Source: Synergistaceae bacterium (GTDB taxonomy: Bacteria > Synergistota > Synergistia > Synergistales > Aminobacteriaceae). From it: a DNA stretch of 64,000 nucleotides. Made by a program: the position numbers and the translations under genes. Shown piece by piece: positions 34,615 to 43,711 of this stretch. The DNA is taken from positions 5,420 through 69,419 of the forward strand of contig JAFSSM010000022.1 of assembly GCA_017451025.1 (NCBI GenBank), given 5' to 3'. The notes beneath the pieces are model-generated. The model had not been told where the DNA came from. It was given only the letters and a program-made list of their open reading frames with translations, and ran no database searches. Each line of letters starts with the position of its first letter. Position 1 is the first letter of the stretch.

Positions 34615-34980
34615 CTATGCCTCAGCCTTCCACAGACCATGCTTGTTGCAGTACTCGCGCATTACGTTTCCAGCCTCGACACAACCGAACTCCGCCGCAG
34701 GAGCATCACCGGGCTTCAGGAACTGACGGCATACACGCTCGCCCTTGATGATCTCGATCCACTCGATATAGTGGTCCTCTGCCATCGGGTGCGCTACACT
34801 TCCGACCTTGACGTTGCTGCCGTCGCGCACAGGTACATGCTTCTCCGTCGCCGCATCGGTCGTGTTCTCCTTGAGCTGCTTCATAGGTTCGCCGCAGCAT
34901 ACCAGAGTTCCGCCGCCTACATGCATAACTTCGACAATGTTTCCGCACTTAGCACACTTGAATACGCTTAATTTCTCCAT
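34615..34980 (-). CDS. dfx: Desulfoferrodoxin (2Fe superoxide reductase)
   Basis: N-terminal [12 protein letters not shown]...LVCCGEPM desulforedoxin-type centre plus a neelaredoxin-type C-terminal domain ...EYCNKHGLW. Confidence 0.9.
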   Translation of the reverse strand: MEKLSVFKCAKCGNIVEVMHVGGGTLVCCGEPMKQLKENTTDAATEKHVPVRDGSNVKVGSVAHPMAEDHYIEWIEIIKGERVCRQFLKPGDAPAAEFGCVEAGNVMREYCNKHGLWKAEA

Positions 34981-35053
34981 GAGAATTTTACCCCCTGTGT
35001 TTTTAGTGAATGCTAGAATACTATCACAAATTACTCAAAAGGTGGTAATCGCC

Positions 35054-36175
35054 ATGAAGAGAAAGGGCTTCATCCTGACAGAAATACTCACCGGCTTAAT
35101 TATGCAGGCAGGCTTCGTAATTACTCTGTGCGGAGCGTTCTACATGCTGGTTACGTTCAGTGCGTCAGTGAGCAACACTATATCCTCAAACGGTCAAGGG
35201 CAGAGAGTCATCACTTACATTGACCGCAGAATCAGAAATGCAGGACTTGGCTTCAGTAAATGCAATAGTTCCGTAAAGATAGCTGAGGCGTTCGGATTTT
35301 CTGATAGCATGATGCCTATATTAAAGGATTTGTATTTGCCCGTTGCTATCATGTCCAGCACTGACAGCAGAGGCGAAGTAGTTTCCTATGACAACAGATA
35401 TTACGAGGGAAATGTTCTGAACCTGCTTTACACGCACAAGGATGCTACTCAAAATGAGCTGGTCGTGTTCAGCACAAGTTCCGACTTGGCCGATAAGGTA
35501 ATAACCATTCCCGAAGATAACTACGACACATTCCGGTTCCTCTTCAGAGATAAAGATTACACCGTTTCCAAAAACACAGCAGACGATAATCACAATGCCT
35601 CGAACTTCGCGCTCGAAGACTCAGCCAACAAAAACAACCTCAAGTATTGGGCTGTAATGGAAGCATCAGGAGTACCGTTCTTGATCTCGGATTATGCCGA
35701 GACATCAGGGCATTACGAGTTCAGGCTCACAGCACCCAGAACCAAAAGTGTGCAGATACACCCTATGAGCGAAATACTCAACCTTGATTTCGAGAAGATG
35801 TACGTTACTCCCAACGAAAGCGGCGACAGAAATTTTGTCTTCCGTCTTCCGAAAGACGGGCTTAGCAACGGCCTCGATTCCATCAAGTACCACGCAAGGG
35901 ACATCCTCGAAATACACATGAAGCTCGACACTCAGCCTTACTATGACCCCGCGCTATTCCAGCCGGAGGCACCGATATTTGACCTAAAAGTTCTCGTGAG
36001 CACAGGTAAACAGCCGCACAACGACGACGATGAAGTCATACCCTCAGCCTGCCCCGATAACTGGCCCGCCGCTTACTGGAGGGAAGAGTTCGAGCAATAC
36101 AGCGTCCAAGTTCTCGAGGCATCATGGAAACTCTATAACCTTGCAGGCTTCACGTTCGGAGATACCTTACCCTAA
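35054..36175 (+). CDS. Protein with prepilin-type N-terminal cleavage/methylation motif
   Basis: MKRKGFILTEILTGLIMQAGFVITL (KGF-x-L-x-E pattern). No other pilus genes nearby. Confidence 0.5.
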   Translation: MKRKGFILTEILTGLIMQAGFVITLCGAFYMLVTFSASVSNTISSNGQGQRVITYIDRRIRNAGLGFSKCNSSVKIAEAFGFSDSMMPILKDLYLPVAIMSSTDSRGEVVSYDNRYYEGNVLNLLYTHKDATQNELVVFSTSSDLADKVITIPEDNYDTFRFLFRDKDYTVSKNTADDNHNASNFALEDSANKNNLKYWAVMEASGVPFLISDYAETSGHYEFRLTAPRTKSVQIHPMSEILNLDFEKMYVTPNESGDRNFVFRLPKDGLSNGLDSIKYHARDILEIHMKLDTQPYYDPALFQPEAPIFDLKVLVSTGKQPHNDDDEVIPSACPDNWPAAYWREEFEQYSVQVLEASWKLYNLAGFTFGDTLP

Positions 36176-37521
36176 CTGACAAGAAGCCCCGCAAGTGCCT
36201 CGTCTATGTGCGATACGCGGGTCAGCTTCAAGCCCTCGAACTTCACCTGCTCACGTGAACTCACTACCGCACAGTGAAATCCGAGACGCGCCGCCTCCCT
36301 CAGCCGAAGCTCAATCCGAGTTACAGGTCTTACTTCCCCTGCAAGCCCCACCTCACCAAGCCAGCAGGTCCCGGACTTCAGGGGAATGTTTTTCAGGGCA
36401 GAAGCTATCGCCGCACACGCACCCAAGTCCGCACTGGGGTCTTGCAGACTCAGTCCGCCAGCTACATTGATGTACAGGTCGTGATTGTTCGTCGCTATTC
36501 TGCATCTCCTGTCAATCACTGCCGTCAATAACTGGAACCTGTTTATCTCGATTCCCCGTGATGTACGTCTGGGATAAGGAAAAGTTGTGCGAACCGCAAG
36601 CGTCTGAATCTCTGCGGCAAGAGGCGTGTTTCCCTCAAGGGCAATCGTCATCGCCACACCAGCAACAGCCGAATCATCACGGTTCCAGTACAATCCGCTC
36701 TTGTCCTCAACAGGAACCAGACCGTCCTCCTTCATCTCGAACACTCCAAGCTCGTCTGTGTTGCCGTACCTGTTCTTGACGGCACGAAGCATCCTGTACG
36801 CAGAATACCCCTCACCCGAAAAATCCAGAACTGTATCTACCATGTGCTCAAGCATCATTGGCCCGGCAATCTTCCCGTCCTTCGTGATATGCCCGATTAA
36901 CACCGCCGGAATGTTCTTCGCCCTCGCACAGTCAATCACCCGCTGGGCAACTGCCCGCACCTGCGTAATCGTTCCGGGCCAGCCTGAAGCATTCTCCGCG
37001 CTCATCGCCTGCACACTGTCCAGCACGAAAAACGCATATTCCTCTTCATCAAGATTCCTAAGCGCGTCCTCGAGGTCAGAGCCGGCGTACAGGCAGAGCT
37101 TCTCTGAGGCAATGTGAAGCCTCGAAGCCCGAAGTGCAACCTGTGCGTCAGACTCTTCACCCGAAATGTAGAGCACACGAGCGTCGTAATTTCTGGCGAT
37201 GCTTCCTGCGGCCTGAAGCAGGAGTGTGGACTTGCCTATGCCCGGCTGGCCGCCAAGAAGCACAACCCCTCCGGGCACTAACCCGCCGCCCAAAACCCGG
37301 TCAAGCTCGTTAATCCCGGTGGTGAGTCTCGCAGGGGGCTTTACGTCGAGCGAACTGATTACACGTACACGCGGAGCACTCCTTGCTGATTTGGGCTTGG
37401 TCTCCTCCACAAATTCCTCGAACGTTCCCCACGAATTGCACGCGGGACATTTGCCCGTTTTTGTTGTGGTAATGTGCCCGCATTCCGAACAGATATACTT
37501 CGTGATTTTGGCAGGGGGCAT
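36172..37521 (-). CDS. radA: DNA repair protein RadA/Sms
   Basis: N-terminal zinc ribbon YICSECGH...CPAC, Walker A GGQPGIGKSTLLLQ, KNRYG motif and a Lon-like C-terminus. Confidence 0.95.
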   Translation of the reverse strand: MPPAKITKYICSECGHITTTKTGKCPACNSWGTFEEFVEETKPKSARSAPRVRVISSLDVKPPARLTTGINELDRVLGGGLVPGGVVLLGGQPGIGKSTLLLQAAGSIARNYDARVLYISGEESDAQVALRASRLHIASEKLCLYAGSDLEDALRNLDEEEYAFFVLDSVQAMSAENASGWPGTITQVRAVAQRVIDCARAKNIPAVLIGHITKDGKIAGPMMLEHMVDTVLDFSGEGYSAYRMLRAVKNRYGNTDELGVFEMKEDGLVPVEDKSGLYWNRDDSAVAGVAMTIALEGNTPLAAEIQTLAVRTTFPYPRRTSRGIEINRFQLLTAVIDRRCRIATNNHDLYINVAGGLSLQDPSADLGACAAIASALKNIPLKSGTCWLGEVGLAGEVRPVTRIELRLREAARLGFHCAVVSSREQVKFEGLKLTRVSHIDEALAGLLVS

Positions 37522-37523
37522 GA

Positions 37524-38168
37524 TTACTCTGGATATTTCTGCAGGATGTTGTTCATGCTCCGCGTAATGTGCCGTCTCATTGCATCGCGGGCCTTGTCCG
37601 GTTCGTTATCCCGAATTGCCTCGAGAATCTCTATGTGCTCAAGCGTCGAGGCCCGGTAGTGTGCGGAAGATTCGTCGACGCTCTGCCCGGTGCTCGGACC
37701 GTTCCACAGTTCAAGCAGGTAATGCTTCAGACGGTCATTGTCTGCACTGTTCCAGATGCGCATGTGTATATCCCCGTTGAGCTTCTCGTAGTCCTCGCGG
37801 CTGACCATTCCGGCAAAATCCCTCTGCAATATTGCACGCGGCATAAGGTCTTCAATGACCATTCTGTTCACGCAGGCACGGCAAGCAGCTTCCGACTCTA
37901 GCAGTATCCTCATCTCGAAGCTGTCCTGAACAAACTTTCGGCCTATCTTGTTTACAACCGCCCCCTTGTTCATCCGGAGCGTGATGAATCCTTCTTCCGC
38001 TAAGGTCTGGAACGCTTCGCGAACTGGTGTCCTGCTCACCCCGAGCTGTTCTGCAATTTCGGTGAGGTTGAGTTCGTCGCCGTGAGAGTACTCATGTGCA
38101 AAAATAGCCTTCTTCAGTGCTGATGTTATCTCTATGCGGATAGGGAATGCTTTTTTTATCTGATCCAT
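37524..38168 (-). CDS. GntR-family transcriptional regulator (FCD-type C-terminal domain)
   Basis: LNLTEIAEQLGVSRTPVREAFQTLAEEGFITL. Confidence 0.85.
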   Translation of the reverse strand: MDQIKKAFPIRIEITSALKKAIFAHEYSHGDELNLTEIAEQLGVSRTPVREAFQTLAEEGFITLRMNKGAVVNKIGRKFVQDSFEMRILLESEAACRACVNRMVIEDLMPRAILQRDFAGMVSREDYEKLNGDIHMRIWNSADNDRLKHYLLELWNGPSTGQSVDESSAHYRASTLEHIEILEAIRDNEPDKARDAMRRHITRSMNNILQKYPE

Positions 38169-38276
38169 AACTCTCCTCCGTTTTGTATGCGATATTCATT
38201 ATTATACTTGCTAAGCAGATGAAAATATGCTATCTTTTCCGCATCCACATAACGAATACGATATACAACATACGAC

Positions 38277-39563
38277 ATGCGATTAATGAGGGAGGCATCG
38301 GTTTTGCACGCTATAGAAAAGATTCTCATGAAGAACAGCGGAAAAAGCTCAATCCAGACCGGCGAAATAGTCAACGCAAAAATAGACTTCGCCGAAATTA
38401 ACGACCTGTACCTTCAGACCGTCTACTCGTTCTACGAAATGGGCGGCAAACATGTTTGGGACAACACAAGGTGCGCGTTCGTGTTCGACCACTATGCACC
38501 GTGCCCTGACATCAAGAGCGCGGAGAACCACAAGGCAATGCGCGAATTTGCCAGGAAGAATAACCTCAAGTACCACTTCGACACGAACACCGGCGTATGT
38601 CATCAGGTCTTGGCCGAAGCCGGATTGATTTACCCGGGAATGATTGTCGTTGAGACGGACAGCCACACCACAACGCAGGGAGCGTTCGGCGCAATGGGTA
38701 CAGGGTGCGGAGCTACGGACATGGCTACGATTCTAATGACCGGCGAGCTGTGGTTCAGGGTACCGGAAGTTATCGAGGTTAGGCTTGAGGGAGAAGCACC
38801 GAAGGGAGTTTTCCCGAAAGACGTTGTGCTCGCTGTGCTCGGGAAAATCCGTGCAGACGGTGCGGTCTACAAGGCAATAGATTTCACGGGAAGCTATGTT
38901 GAGAATCTGGAAGTGCCTGGCCGAATGACGATCTGCAACATGGCCGTAGAGATGGGTGCGAAAACCGCCTACATGCAGCCGAATCAGGCAGTGCTGGATT
39001 TCGTGGGCAAAAGGGCTGTGCGTCCGTTTGAGGTACAGTTCACAGATCCGGGCTACAAGTACGCAGAAAGCTACGTTTTCGACGTGAGCACGCTTGAGCC
39101 TGAGCTTGCCTGCCCGTCGAGTGTCGAGAACGTCCACACGCTCGCAAGCGTCGTTGCGCAGGGCGAAGTGAAGCTGAATCAGGGATATATCGGCTCGTGC
39201 ACCGGCGGAAGGGTCGAGGACATAGAGATTGCGGCCAAGATTCTGAAGGGCAAGCACATTCCGGAATACACGAGGCTCGTGGTGATTCCGGCTTCGCGCG
39301 AGGTAATGCTTGAGTGCATCACGAGAGGCTACATCACCGACCTCATGAACGCCGGAGCAACAATATCAACACCGGGATGCGGCGCGTGCTTGGGTGCACA
39401 TGAGGGTATTCTTGCACCGGGTGAAGTGTGTATCACCAGCACCAACAGGAATTTTCCGGGCAGGATGGGATCGACGGAAGCGAAGATGTACCTGGCGAGT
39501 CCCGCAACTGTCGCGGCAAGCATGGTGTACGGAAAAATCACAGACCCGCGCGAATTTCTGTAG
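38277..39563 (+). CDS. Aconitase-family dehydratase large subunit (LeuC/HacA-like); start uncertain (TTG at 38304 possible)
   Basis: ETDSHTTTQGAFGAMGTGCGATD...GSCTGGR...GCGACLG cluster-ligand motifs. Confidence 0.85.
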   Translation: MRLMREASVLHAIEKILMKNSGKSSIQTGEIVNAKIDFAEINDLYLQTVYSFYEMGGKHVWDNTRCAFVFDHYAPCPDIKSAENHKAMREFARKNNLKYHFDTNTGVCHQVLAEAGLIYPGMIVVETDSHTTTQGAFGAMGTGCGATDMATILMTGELWFRVPEVIEVRLEGEAPKGVFPKDVVLAVLGKIRADGAVYKAIDFTGSYVENLEVPGRMTICNMAVEMGAKTAYMQPNQAVLDFVGKRAVRPFEVQFTDPGYKYAESYVFDVSTLEPELACPSSVENVHTLASVVAQGEVKLNQGYIGSCTGGRVEDIEIAAKILKGKHIPEYTRLVVIPASREVMLECITRGYITDLMNAGATISTPGCGACLGAHEGILAPGEVCITSTNRNFPGRMGSTEAKMYLASPATVAASMVYGKITDPREFL

Positions 39564-39578
39564 AGGAGGCAGATCATC

Positions 39579-40082
39579 ATGAAGAGTGTACTTACGGGGA
39601 AATGCATAGTAGTCGGGGACAATATAGACACAGACCAGATATATCCGGGCCGTTTTCTGGCGATAACTGACCCAAAGGAGATTGGTAGTCATTGTCTGTG
39701 CGGAGTGAGTGAGGAGATTGCGCCGAATTTTCCGCAGGGAGGATTTGTCGTTGCGGGACGTAATTTTGGGTGCGGGTCATCAAGGGAACATGCACCGATT
39801 GCGCTGCTGAACATGGGAGCGGTTGCGGTTCTGGCGGACTCGTTTGCGAGGATATTCTTCCGGAACTCGGTGAATCTTGGCCTGCTGCCGATAGTGTGCA
39901 AGGGAATCAGCCAGCACGTAAAGGCCGGAGAGACCCTGACGCTCAATCTCGAGAAGGGGACTGTGAAGGTTGAAGAGACGGGTGAGGAGTACGAGTGCGA
40001 GAAGCTGGGAGATCAGGCGATGAAGATTCTGGAGGCAGGCGGTATCAAGCCGATGATGAGGGCAAGGTTCGCACAGCAATAG
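39579..40082 (+). CDS. Aconitase-family dehydratase small subunit (LeuD/HacB-like)
   Basis: DNIDTDQIYPGRF...GRNFGCGSSREHAPIAL. Confidence 0.85.
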   Translation: MKSVLTGKCIVVGDNIDTDQIYPGRFLAITDPKEIGSHCLCGVSEEIAPNFPQGGFVVAGRNFGCGSSREHAPIALLNMGAVAVLADSFARIFFRNSVNLGLLPIVCKGISQHVKAGETLTLNLEKGTVKVEETGEEYECEKLGDQAMKILEAGGIKPMMRARFAQQ

Positions 40083-40398
40083 CCTCCTTGTAGGATTTGC
40101 CCCAATTTTCCATCACACCAAGCACGGGCTTTAACGTCATGCCAAGTTCGGAGAGCCTGTACTCCGCAACGACAGGCTTCGTGCCGTGAAGGTCGCGGAT
40201 AACTAGTCCGTCAAGCTCCATCGAGCGCAGGGATTCGGTCAGGACTTTATGACTTATGCCGGACAAACTGCGCTTGAGTTCGTTGAACCTGCAGGGCTTG
40301 CGGAGAAGCTCGCGGATAATAAGCAGCTTCCACTTGCTGCCGATTAACTGTATAGCTGTTGCGGCCGGACATTCCGGGAGTTCGTGTTTGTGAATCAT
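40045..40398 (-). CDS. HxlR-family transcriptional regulator
   Basis: CPAATAIQLIGSKWKLLIIRELLRKPCRFNELKRSLSGISHKVLTESLRSMELDGLV. Its 3' end overlaps the LeuD-like 3' end by 38 nt. Confidence 0.85.
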   Translation of the reverse strand: MIHKHELPECPAATAIQLIGSKWKLLIIRELLRKPCRFNELKRSLSGISHKVLTESLRSMELDGLVIRDLHGTKPVVAEYRLSELGMTLKPVLGVMENWGKSYKEAIAVRTLPSSSA

Positions 40399-40503
40399 AA
40401 TAATGCATTATACATTGCGGTTACAAATAAGTGCGTTATTGCGGGAGCGGCGGCTTCTGGTTATCATGAGACACAAAATTTCTGACAGGAGGACTTTTCG
40501 AGA

Positions 40504-40638
40504 ATGGCACTCAAAGATTTAGCGGACTGGGGCAGCAAGGCTTCATCATGCGGAGGACAGAAACCCTCAGCGTGCGGCGGCAAGAAGGACGTATCGTGCG
40601 GAGGCAGCAAGCCTTCAGCGTGCGGCGGAAAGAAATAG
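40504..40638 (+). CDS. Cys-Gly-Gly repeat precursor peptide (44 aa; ACGX-repeat-like RiPP precursor candidate), below ORF-track cutoff
   Basis: AGGAGG lies 10 nt before the ATG. MALKDLADWGSKASSCGGQKPSACGGKKDVSCGGSKPSACGGKK. Ends 41 nt upstream of the radical SAM gene. Confidence 0.65.
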   Translation: MALKDLADWGSKASSCGGQKPSACGGKKDVSCGGSKPSACGGKK

Positions 40639-40679
40639 CTAACACAATACCCTGCTGAATTTTTGGCGGGGTAATTTTT

Positions 40680-41711
40680 ATGTCTATGCGTTACTTTTCG
40701 TTTCAGTGGCACATAACCGACGAATGCGACCAGCGCTGCAAGCACTGCTATATATATTCGGGCAATGGCGGGCATGTTCCGGAGGCCATGAGCCGGAAAG
40801 ATATTCAGCGGGTGTTCGCTAACTGCCTGGACTTCTGCGAGAAATTCGGGCGCATTCCGCACTTCTACATCACTGGCGGAGACCCGATCCTTCACCCGAA
40901 CTTCTGGGAACTTCTGGAGACTTTCAGCGCACAAGGAATCGGCTTCTCGATTCTAGGTAATCCATTTCACTTGAATGATGATGTATGCAGAAGGCTAAAG
41001 GCTCTAGGGTGTGAGAAATACCAGCTATCGATAGACGGCCTGCGAGAAACTCACGACTTCTTCAGGAAGCCCGGATCGTTTGACGCTACACTGAAGGCAA
41101 TACACACCATCAACAGGGCCGGAATATGCTCGGTCATAATGTCCACCGTGTCAAAGCAGAACATCGACGAGATTCCTGGCGTGATTGACGTTGCAGTTGA
41201 GAATGAGGCCGAAGTGTTCTCGTTTGCGCGTTACTGTCCTACGCATTCAGGAGAGAGCAACGGAATTACTCCGCAGAGATACCGCGAGTTTCTGAGAACC
41301 TGCGATGCGAAGTTCAGGTACTACAAGGATTCCAAAACGTATTTCGACCATAAAGATCACTTATGGACTCTCCTAGATTATGAGTCAGGAAGTTTTGCCC
41401 CGCCTGCCGACGCTGAACCGGGCAAAATTTACGGCGGGTGTAACTGCGGAAATGCGCACCTAACGATACTGCCGTCAGGGGACGTTTACGCGTGCAGGAG
41501 GGTGCAGGACAGCAGAGTCGGCAATGCATTAACGGATAAGCTGTCTGATTTGTGGCTGAACGAGATGGAAAGTTACAGGGAGTATGATAACTTCGTGAAG
41601 TGCTCAAAGTGTGAGTTATTGCCATATTGCCGTGGATGTCCGGCAGTCGCAAAAGGCACTTACGGAGAGTTTTACGCGCAAGACCCTCAATGCTGGAAGG
41701 AGATAGATTAA
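40680..41711 (+). CDS. Radical SAM enzyme with SPASM-type C-terminal domain (peptide maturase candidate)
   Basis: CDQRCKHC (CxxxCxxC). C-terminal Cys cluster GGCNCGNAHLTILPSGDVYACRRV...CSKCELLPYCRGCPA. Confidence 0.85.
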   Translation: MSMRYFSFQWHITDECDQRCKHCYIYSGNGGHVPEAMSRKDIQRVFANCLDFCEKFGRIPHFYITGGDPILHPNFWELLETFSAQGIGFSILGNPFHLNDDVCRRLKALGCEKYQLSIDGLRETHDFFRKPGSFDATLKAIHTINRAGICSVIMSTVSKQNIDEIPGVIDVAVENEAEVFSFARYCPTHSGESNGITPQRYREFLRTCDAKFRYYKDSKTYFDHKDHLWTLLDYESGSFAPPADAEPGKIYGGCNCGNAHLTILPSGDVYACRRVQDSRVGNALTDKLSDLWLNEMESYREYDNFVKCSKCELLPYCRGCPAVAKGTYGEFYAQDPQCWKEID

Positions 41712-42289
41712 TGGACATTATAGACGTAATCAGGACGCGCCACTCAATCAGGAAATATCAGGCCAAGCAGATCGAGCGTGAAGACCTCGAGAAAGTCATA
41801 GAGGCGGGGCTTCGTGCACCAAATGCCGGCGGACGGCAGGGGAGCATAATTGTCGGCATTCACGACGCGAAACTTGCGGAGCTTGTCGGGAAACTCAACG
41901 TCGCACAGTTCGACAGATCAGCGTTGCTGGGAAATTATGTCTCCGAAGAACAGCCCAGCATAATCGATGACCCGAACATTAAGAGCGGGTTCTACGGTGC
42001 GCCGTGTGTTTGCGCGGTCTTTGGGCCGGAAGATTTTCTGTACAGCGTGCCCGATGCTTTTTGCTGTGCGGAGAACATGATTCTCGAGGCTCATTCGCTC
42101 GGGTTAGCGTCGTGCATAGTGGCTCGAGGTGAGGAGACTTTCGAGAGTCCAGAGGGTCAGAAATTCCTGAAGGACTGGGAGATTCCGGAAGGATATATTG
42201 CAAGATGTTTTGTGCTGCTGGGCTATCTTGACGGGCCTGAACCTTCCCCGAAGAAACTTCACGAGGGAAGATTCAGGATTGTCGGGTAA
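41711..42289 (+). CDS. Nitroreductase-family protein
   Basis: MDIIDVIRTRHSIRKYQAK...APNAGGRQ. Its ATG begins on the last base of the radical SAM gene's stop codon. Confidence 0.8.
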   Translation: MDIIDVIRTRHSIRKYQAKQIEREDLEKVIEAGLRAPNAGGRQGSIIVGIHDAKLAELVGKLNVAQFDRSALLGNYVSEEQPSIIDDPNIKSGFYGAPCVCAVFGPEDFLYSVPDAFCCAENMILEAHSLGLASCIVARGEETFESPEGQKFLKDWEIPEGYIARCFVLLGYLDGPEPSPKKLHEGRFRIVG

Positions 42290-42529
42290 TCGTGCGTACT
42301 GACTTTATACGATGTACCTGCGCAGAACAGGAATGTGATTCAGTACTGCGGACATGCCGAACGAGATCACGAAGACCAGCAGGGATATTGCTGGTACGGA
42401 AAACTCCAGGCTGAACGTTAGGGAAGTTAGGGCGCACAGCTTCAAGATGAATACTGCACCGGCCTTGCACATGCTGTTTACAGTGAGAATTTGTAGTAGC
42501 TGGACGAAATTTAGGGTGCTGGTCATCGA

Positions 42530-42610
42530 GGAAACATGCATCAATCGCGTTGCTCGATATGGGAGCAGTTAAGGTTGAGGATACGGGCGAGGAGTACTAG
42601 TGCGAGAAGC
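42530..42610 (+). pseudogene. Relic of a LeuD-like 3' end (duplicate of 39945-40006) with an in-frame TAG
   Basis: The relic reads LDMGAVKVEDTGEEY*CEK; the live gene reads LEKGTVKVEETGEEYECEK. About 87 percent identity over the 46-nt core. Confidence 0.55.
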
Positions 42611-42647
42611 CCTGCCTGTTCCGGATGAGCGGGCAGGGCAATTTTTA
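42609..42647 (+). terminator. Hairpin plus T-run (possibly bidirectional terminator)
   Basis: GCCCTGCC-15 nt-GGCAGGGC followed by AATTTTTAT. Confidence 0.5.
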
Positions 42648-43695
42648 TGCCTTGTCGGGACGGAATCGCAGGTATAAGGTGCTGTAGAGCTTGAGGCTGA
42701 ACTTGAAGAGGAGTATCTGCAACTTGCTCTTAAGGTTCATGTGAGGATACATCAGAACACGCAGAGGGACTATTTCGCGGCGAAGTTGAGAGATGTATTC
42801 CATATCGTAAGTGTCTGTTCCGGCTTTAATCATGTGTTTCACGAACGCCAGCTTCCGAAGGCATACCCCCACGAGAATATTATTTCTGAACTCGGCGTTA
42901 TCTCCACATCTGGACATCACGAAGCTGTAACAGTCCTGTATAGCTTCGGCTAAGTCATATGTTCTGCTTGAGAACTTCGTATGAGTTATTGAGCTGCTGT
43001 GCTGGAAGTGATGATAGAAGGGATAGTCAGTGCACAATACTTTACCAGCGTTGCCGACGTACCTGTGCACAGTGTGAATGTCCTCGAAGAGTTTTCCGCG
43101 AGGGTATTCTACCCCGTTAAACAGTTTTTTTCTGATGAACTTATTGCATGAACTTGCCGTGATGTATTTCGAGAAAAGTATAAGGCTCAACGCTTCTTCG
43201 GTGGACATCAACTTTTGTTGGAAGCAAGCTGTAGGAAGGCTATTGCCATTGTCGAGTTCAGCCTTCAACAGAAAGCTCACTATATCCGCTCCCGACTCGC
43301 CAGCCAGGCGGTAACATGTCTCCACAGTCTCGGGGTCAATCCAGTCGTCGCTGTCCACAAATTGAATCCACTCGCCACTGCACTCGCGGATACCTACGTT
43401 CCGAACTTCAGCTAACCCTACATTCTCCTGATGAATTACCCTGATACGCGAATCCTTCTGTGCATATTCATCGCATATCTTCCCGCTCGAGTCTGTAGAA
43501 CCATCATCGATTACCAGTATCTCGAGATTCTTGTACGTCTGGGCAATTACGCTGTCCAAGCAGCGAGCGACATACTCCTCAACGTTATAGACTGGGATGA
43601 TTACTGATACGATAGCACAATTTCGGTCTGGTCTGGTCTGGTCTGGTCGGTCTGGTCTGGTCTGGTCTGGTCAAAACTCTAGCACTGTCATTCAT
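42645..43695 (-). pseudogene. Family-2 glycosyltransferase whose frame is broken inside a 5' (AGACC)n tract (phase-OFF allele or frameshift)
   Basis: ATG at 43695 with GGAGG 9 nt upstream. It reads through the repeat, then stops at 43585. The GT body (VSVIIPVYNVEEYVARCLDSVIAQTYKNLEILVIDDGSTD) is in the +1 frame with no start codon of its own. Confidence 0.7.
43625..43672. repeat. Pentanucleotide tract [(GGTCT)4 GGTC] x2
   Basis: Read directly: ggtct ggtct ggtct ggtct ggtc ggtct ggtct ggtct ggtct ggtc. Confidence 0.95.
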
Positions 43696-43711
43696 AACTG
43701 TCAACCTCCTT

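Noticed and set aside
40464-40934. 156-aa minus-strand ORF with repeated LPPHAEG units
   Set aside because: Its repeats are simply the reverse complement of the Cys-Gly-Gly repeat peptide gene. It also overlaps the radical SAM gene start and has no SD. The plus-strand reading, with AGGAGG and a rSAM partner, explains the region better.
42305-42544. 79-aa minus-strand hydrophobic ORF downstream of the nitroreductase gene
   Set aside because: It has no SD and no recognisable family, and it overlaps the LeuD-like relic region. It could be a small membrane protein, but the support is too weak to list as a feature.
43625-43672. Possible CRISPR array or other spaced repeat (also 51641-51675)
   Set aside because: The units are 5 nt and 7 nt in perfect tandem with no spacers, so these are microsatellites, not CRISPR repeats. 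No cas genes are present in the window.
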